Shown here: positions 58,902 through 64,000 of the stretch, piece after piece
Numbering within the stretch: the stretch's first letter is position 1
Layout of the letters: each line of letters opens with the position of its first letter
Origin: Botryllus schlosseri
Taxonomy: Eukaryota
Assembly (NCBI GenBank): GCA_051294905.1
Contig: CM119376.1
Coordinates: 1,984,001 to 2,048,000, forward strand
DNA length: 64,000 bases
Direction of reading: 5' to 3'
Program-made: the position numbers and the translations under genes
The notes under the pieces: model-generated
What the model was told of the DNA's origin: nothing
Databases searched by the model: none
The model's input: only the letters and a program-made list of their open reading frames with translations

Positions 58902-60208
58902 TAGAGCCCGACCGATTATCGGCTCGCCGATAATATCGAGTCGATATCACGCTTGGAGAGAAATATCGGTATCGGCCGTTGAAGGTAAAAAAAATATCGG
59001 CCATTTTCGTGACGTCACAACATGGTGGCAGGGAGTCAAAGAAGTCGATAGAAGACGTGAGGACGGTAAATTATAAAAAATAAATGGCCATGCTGCACAT
59101 AGTGCATACTCCATACAGGCAGTAGGCGTGCCTATCTGAAAAATATTATGGATTACTAACAACCGTTATGCCTCACTGACTTTGTGGGAATCCCCCTTCA
59201 GTATTCGATCACCAAAGACAGAGAGCAGCTGGGTGGATTGGATAGTTGTCTGCAGAAGATTTCAATCAGTAAGAGAAATGAGAACATCAATCATGCTGGA
59301 CTGACCCTCGTGATGATGGAGAAAAGCGTCTCGTCGAAACATTTCTCGGAAGATAGTGCTATTGGTTCGGTACCAACAGAGCTACCAGTAATGTATGAAG
59401 TCATCTGACTGAGGCCTTCGGGGCCACCATGATGGAAAACATGCGAGCATAGAGGGCAAGAAAATCAAGCAAACGTGGAGTAAAGCCAATAATTGATACG
59501 AAATTTTTTAATTCCATGATGACATAGGCCCATTCTGACAAAAGAGCGTAAAGTATTGATCAATATTCAATTGATTGTTTGAATGCTGGTCATGGTCAAG
59601 GCCCAAGGGGGATGGGTGGAGCAGTTGCAGACGTGAACAATTTCAGTTGTTTTGCACATTCTCTTCATCTATTTGTTAACGATGTGCTGAAGGCTCCAGG
59701 CGTGTGCTGAAGGCTCCAGGTGCACTGCCAGAAGAATATCAATAATAATATCAATATTTGGTGAAACCATTGAAGGAAAGATCCCCTGCAAGGGAGCGGT
59801 GGAACCGAAATTAAGAAAGATTTCCAATTCTTGCTGTGCCGCTAACTATGGTACCAAGTGAAAGACTGCTCACTATGTTTAGTACTTTATACATCATTTA
59901 TGGAAGACCGCAGAAGTTCATTCCCTTGGAGAAAGAGCCGAGAAATTGTGTTTCGTGAACTGTAATCTGCAACTGCTGGATTGGTGCTATTGATATATTT
60001 TTATAGCCCCTAGATCATTTATTTCATGTTCAAGCATATCAATGGCTGTAAAGTTGTTGAAATAAATGCTCTGAGTTGTTAAAATTGGGCATTAAGCTAG
60101 ATTCCATATCTTTTGAATATCGGCTGAATATATCGGGGTTATCGGTGGAGGTACTGGATGTCGGTCTTATCGGTATCGGCTCAGAAATCCAATATCGGTC
60201 GGGCTCTA
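58902..60208 (+). mobile_element. Internally deleted hAT transposon
   Basis: 15-bp TIR TAGAGCCCGACCGAT; TSD GTAATTTC/GAAATTTC (7/8); ATCGG subterminal repeats; remnants CFAHSLHLFV and PSER. Confidence 0.88.
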
Positions 60209-61118
60209 GAAATTTCATTTCCTAAGTCGAGTGAGAGCTGACTCGTCATTTATCGCAAACATATTTTGCGCAAAGCCGGTATTGGTCTCTATTGATTTTA
60301 ACGATGCTCCTTACCTAGATCCGTCATGAGCTTTTGCATGGTAAGTCTTGATTTTAGTATCGAACGCTGTGCCAAGTCTCAAGGTTGGCACTCAATGATT
60401 AGGGAAGCAATTTCGTTATCAAGGTCGAGTATGGTAGAGATGTGCGCTGATCTGACGCTTAGCCTACCTAACGCATTGCGAATTTCACGCAAAAGCCGGT
60501 GTATCTGTGCTAACGTTAACTGTGTTCTATACTGAGATAAGTGATGAGATGATGATATCATGAAACAGTTTACCAACATTCTCGGTTTGCATTCAAATAT
60601 TTACTTTTATTTTATATTCTCCAATGTGAATTTCACCGTGAAATTGTGGCCCCTGTCGACCCCCTGTCAAGCGCCATAACTATTTCGTTTTCGATGGCGG
60701 CTAACAGCTGATCACTTGATCAGCCTATTCCTCAGTAAATTTTACGCAAAATTCGATGTTGGTCTGTTCGTAATAATTTTGACAGTGTACCATACCGAAA
60801 TGCGTCATGAGGCTACTTCTCGATGATGTCATGTAACAGTGTACCAAGTTTACGGCTTTCATCCACGTATTTATTCGGTAATATATTTTCCAACGTCGAT
60901 TTAGCAGCAGACTTCTAGACAGTTAGCCATTTGTGTTATGTCACAGTCTCCGGTTTCAAGGCCAAAATCTCCTATGTTGTTCCGAGACCGAAATTCCGAG
61001 GCTGCTTTCGTCTTACTTCTTCAAATTCAAAATGATGTGTTGGATTCAATATGACAGGCCCAATCTATGAGATAACAATGGCGTATGTATCTGAACTCGT
61101 TGACCTTTTCGGTTGGGC

Positions 61119-61390
61119 CAGAGGTCTCAAACTCAAATGTGGTTGCTGGCCAATTTCCTAATTTTTGATGACGCCGCGGGCCGCAGCTTCAATAATAGGG
61201 ATATTCAATGTATAATTTCCAAGTAGGCCTTAATCGACGGGACCTTGCAGACAGGCATTCCACAAACATCGTGGAAATGTCATTTACTATTGTACTATTC
61301 ACGTTTGACACGGAAAAAATCACATTTTGAAATTTTTTAATAAAGTAGTTTTTGTGCCGGGCATAATCTTTTTTATTAAAGAGTTATAGA
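61119..61390. mobile_element. Partial Charlie-like MITE related to 55665-56167
   Basis: Starts CAGAGGTCTCAAACTC; similar to the reverse complement of ~55870-56167. Confidence 0.6.
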
Positions 61391-62069
61391 TATCATGCGA
61401 GAGGATGCATCATGATCGACATCTTAAAGCTGTCGGGTTATAATATTGCAGCTAGTGGACCTTAGACATGTCATAATTTTGTGTAGAATATTTTAAAATT
61501 TACTGAAGATTGATCTGATATCAGAGCATTTGAGCGGTGTAGCCTAATCCTGGTTTAGATATAGTCGTGATAAGTGTAGGCTATTGTTACTGTGATTGCC
61601 AAAGTAAAATTAAATCAGCGTTAGATTTTGCCTTCGATTATTATTGGAACATATCAATAAACAACTTAAATATTATCATCATTGAGCCATATAGTAATAG
61701 CATTGCTTCTTAACCTTTTTAGCGATCGTACTCCTTGTGCTTCCAATACTATTTCTTGTAGCCCCCGTCCATTTTCAACACAATTTCTGATGGTACCTAC
61801 ATTAAAATCAGAAAGCCCAGCCCGTTCACATAAAATAGCACGTAGCGCGAAGACTATTTTCCAGTTGTGTAAATTGACCAAGAAGATATTCCACAGCATA
61901 TAGGCCTAATTCCACAATGCATCTCGTACTACACCCTGATATGGTGCTTCGTATGGGGTCTACGGACTCATGGTTAAGTAACTCTTTCAATGCACACAAA
62001 TATGGAGGCCTATAAGGAAAGTTTATTTTGAAGAGCTAAATCTACATTGCCTTATTTATAAGATTCATC

Positions 62070-62504
62070 CTGGGTTATGACCAAGTCAGAAGGTTCCGAA
62101 TCACAAGTCAAACACACTTATAGTTTTGATTCGAGTCAAGTTGAGTGATCTCCAATTCACCACCTAACCAAGTCCGAGTCCAAATAATTGTGTTCACTAT
62201 ATTAAGTTTCGAGTTCGAGTCATGTTCAACCCTATTTTGTTATCAGTCAGTTATATTTGATATCAAATGCTTCGCATTCATAATATACTGATTTACCTTA
62301 TCTTTAACACTTTCCGGCTCCATTTTTCAAGTACCAGTAGACCCTACTGATGGACGAAATACCAATAATGTGGTAACTTTACTATTCTTCGAAGTCACAA
62401 TGAAATGCCTGTCTGTCCGTCGGCCTGTCTGTCATATGACTTGGTCGAGTCGTGCGCAATGAGTCAAGCTCGTACACAAATTGACTCCAGTCATTGCAAC
62501 CCAG
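62070..62504. mobile_element. Second copy of the GAGTC-rich hAT MITE family (cf. 7106-7695)
   Basis: Ends CTGGGTT.. / ..CAACCCAG; TSD GATTCATC/GATTTATC (7/8); interior colinear with 7130-7690. Confidence 0.78.
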
Positions 62505-62988
62505 GATTTATCCTTATTTTATCCTATTTTTTGGCGGAGGCTGTGATTAGTACTGGCGAAAGTGATGCATTTTTTTACACATTTTAGCCATCAGTTTATA
62601 AATACAGAAATTTCGCGGTTAGGCTACTCAGAGTCTTTGGCTGACCTAGTTTTTGATCTATGTCGATGGTATCAGTGACGGGAGCGAGTTATTTTATTTG
62701 TAACAACTAAAATATTGCAATATGTCGAACGAAATCCCCAAAACTCAGGTTTATACCTCACAAGGTTCCCTTTATTTTCATTTATTGTCATCGTGGTACA
62801 GTTGGAAGTGACGGCATTTTGGTCATTGGTGCTGAGATTACTGGAAAATATTTGTATATTACAAAAACTGTTCACATGGCGGCCAAAGCCGAATCTGAAA
62901 GGTATATGTTCGAACCACCCCCACTCTGTCTGTTGTTCATTCGAATTGTGTATTTATTCAAGTATTCCGTAACTTAATTTGTATATAG

Positions 62989-63117
62989 GATCAACGAACA
63001 CCGTTGCCCGGACGAGGTCAATTTGGAGTAAGAATCTATAATGACGCAGGTTGTGAGATAAACTTCTTATCGGCAACCGACGGGGTCGACTTTGATGTGA
63101 CTATACCGCCTAAAAAC
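62989..63117 (+). CDS. Possible host-gene exon (43 codons, phase 0-0)
   Basis: T-rich acceptor ...TATAG| and donor |GTAAGT; open frame DQRTPLPGRGQFGVRIYNDAGCEINFLSATDGVDFDVTIPPKN. Confidence 0.35.
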
Positions 63118-64000
63118 GTAAGTCACATTGCATAGGTAAAGTTACTCTCAATCCTATTATTGGCGACAGTGTAAGTATGAAATGTACGAAGTAGAAACTA
63201 TTACTGCATATTCCCCCGCGGTTGTGCTTCGAATCGGCATCTTTTCTATTGATAAAAAGATATTTCCACGTATCTTCTCACTGCACCAAGCTTGACTATG
63301 CTTGTATGCGTGAGTAATGCAGCGGGACATGGTCGTATCTATAGGCCTAATATAAATCTACCGTATGCCCAATTGAAAGTAAGATATGCGAGTTGAAAAT
63401 ATTTCACACACTTTTACCAACGAATAGCGTGTGAAGTGAACATTTCAAGACAATGACAGCAGATATAGAAATTATCAATATATTTTATATGAAGATTGTA
63501 CCTGACATATATTTTCACTCTTACTATACCTGTTCTACTACACCCGGCTCCATATAACTGTTAGGTCCATTGATAGCGCAATATATCGATGGCCTCTGAC
63601 GAAGGAGCACATGTATAATTTACATGACAGCTCTTCGACTCATATATAATAGGGTTACCATATTTTTGTGATGCAAATTCCGGACACTCTTTAGCGCCGA
63701 CTAGCGGATTTCAAAACGAGGTGTAGCACACTGTCCGTCAACATGACGCCACACTAGCGAAGCATTGCCCATCGACTTTATACACTATACAGGAATGGAG
63801 TGGAACATAGGTCATGAATTGGGCTATCTGTAATGTGAGCTCTTAATTGTGATTGCTACTTGCTAGGGTCTGCAATAGATACCTCCACGAGCCGGATGAT
63901 ATCGTCGGGCGGGCCGTGTCTGGCCAGTCAGGATTGTCTTTGACAGCCCTGCTATACTGTTAGGTCGTTGCGACTATCTGGTTATGTGTTTTAATCAGGT

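Larger units (their letters stand above)
54923..61115. mobile_element. Longer relative of the 10374-11911 hAT-derived element, heavily nested; far end not found
   Basis: Terminus CAGTGGCGGCTCGTCC at 54923; colinear inverted homology to 11050-11911; degenerate ~200-260-bp internal subrepeats at 58620-60900. Confidence 0.7.

Noticed and set aside
62808-62900. Second candidate exon upstream of 62989
   Set aside because: Its splice phases are incompatible with the open frame of the 62989-63117 exon.

Overview
Eukaryotic, probably invertebrate-animal, repeat-dense DNA with spliceosomal GT-AG introns, a U6 snRNA of invertebrate type and C2H2/THAP domains. It has no prokaryotic features. The window is almost entirely nested mobile elements. 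(1) A degenerate C2H2 zinc-finger array is cut by an I/Nimb-type LINE with RNase H (2885-10307, minus), itself split by a hAT element. (2) A roughly 30-kb, all plus-strand head-to-tail train holds five divergent L1/Tx1-clade LINEs and one restriction-like-endonuclease (NeSL/Utopia-like) LINE (12.4-41.9 kb). Three of its junctions share GGCCGTCAGGG, and the train carries captured host fragments (histone H4 tail, U6). (3) A tRNA-Arg/U6 chimera is split by a young gag-protease-only Gypsy element. (4) DNA transposons follow: ISL2EU, two Harbinger-type elements (one with ~400-bp TIRs and an apparent 7-bp TSD), several hAT elements/MITEs with exact 8-bp TSDs, and a Penelope GIY-YIG remnant. The leading candidates for something undescribed are the motif-linked Tx1 train, the long-TIR Harbinger-type element and the tRNA-U6 chimera. 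All family assignments come from motif recognition by eye; no database search was run.
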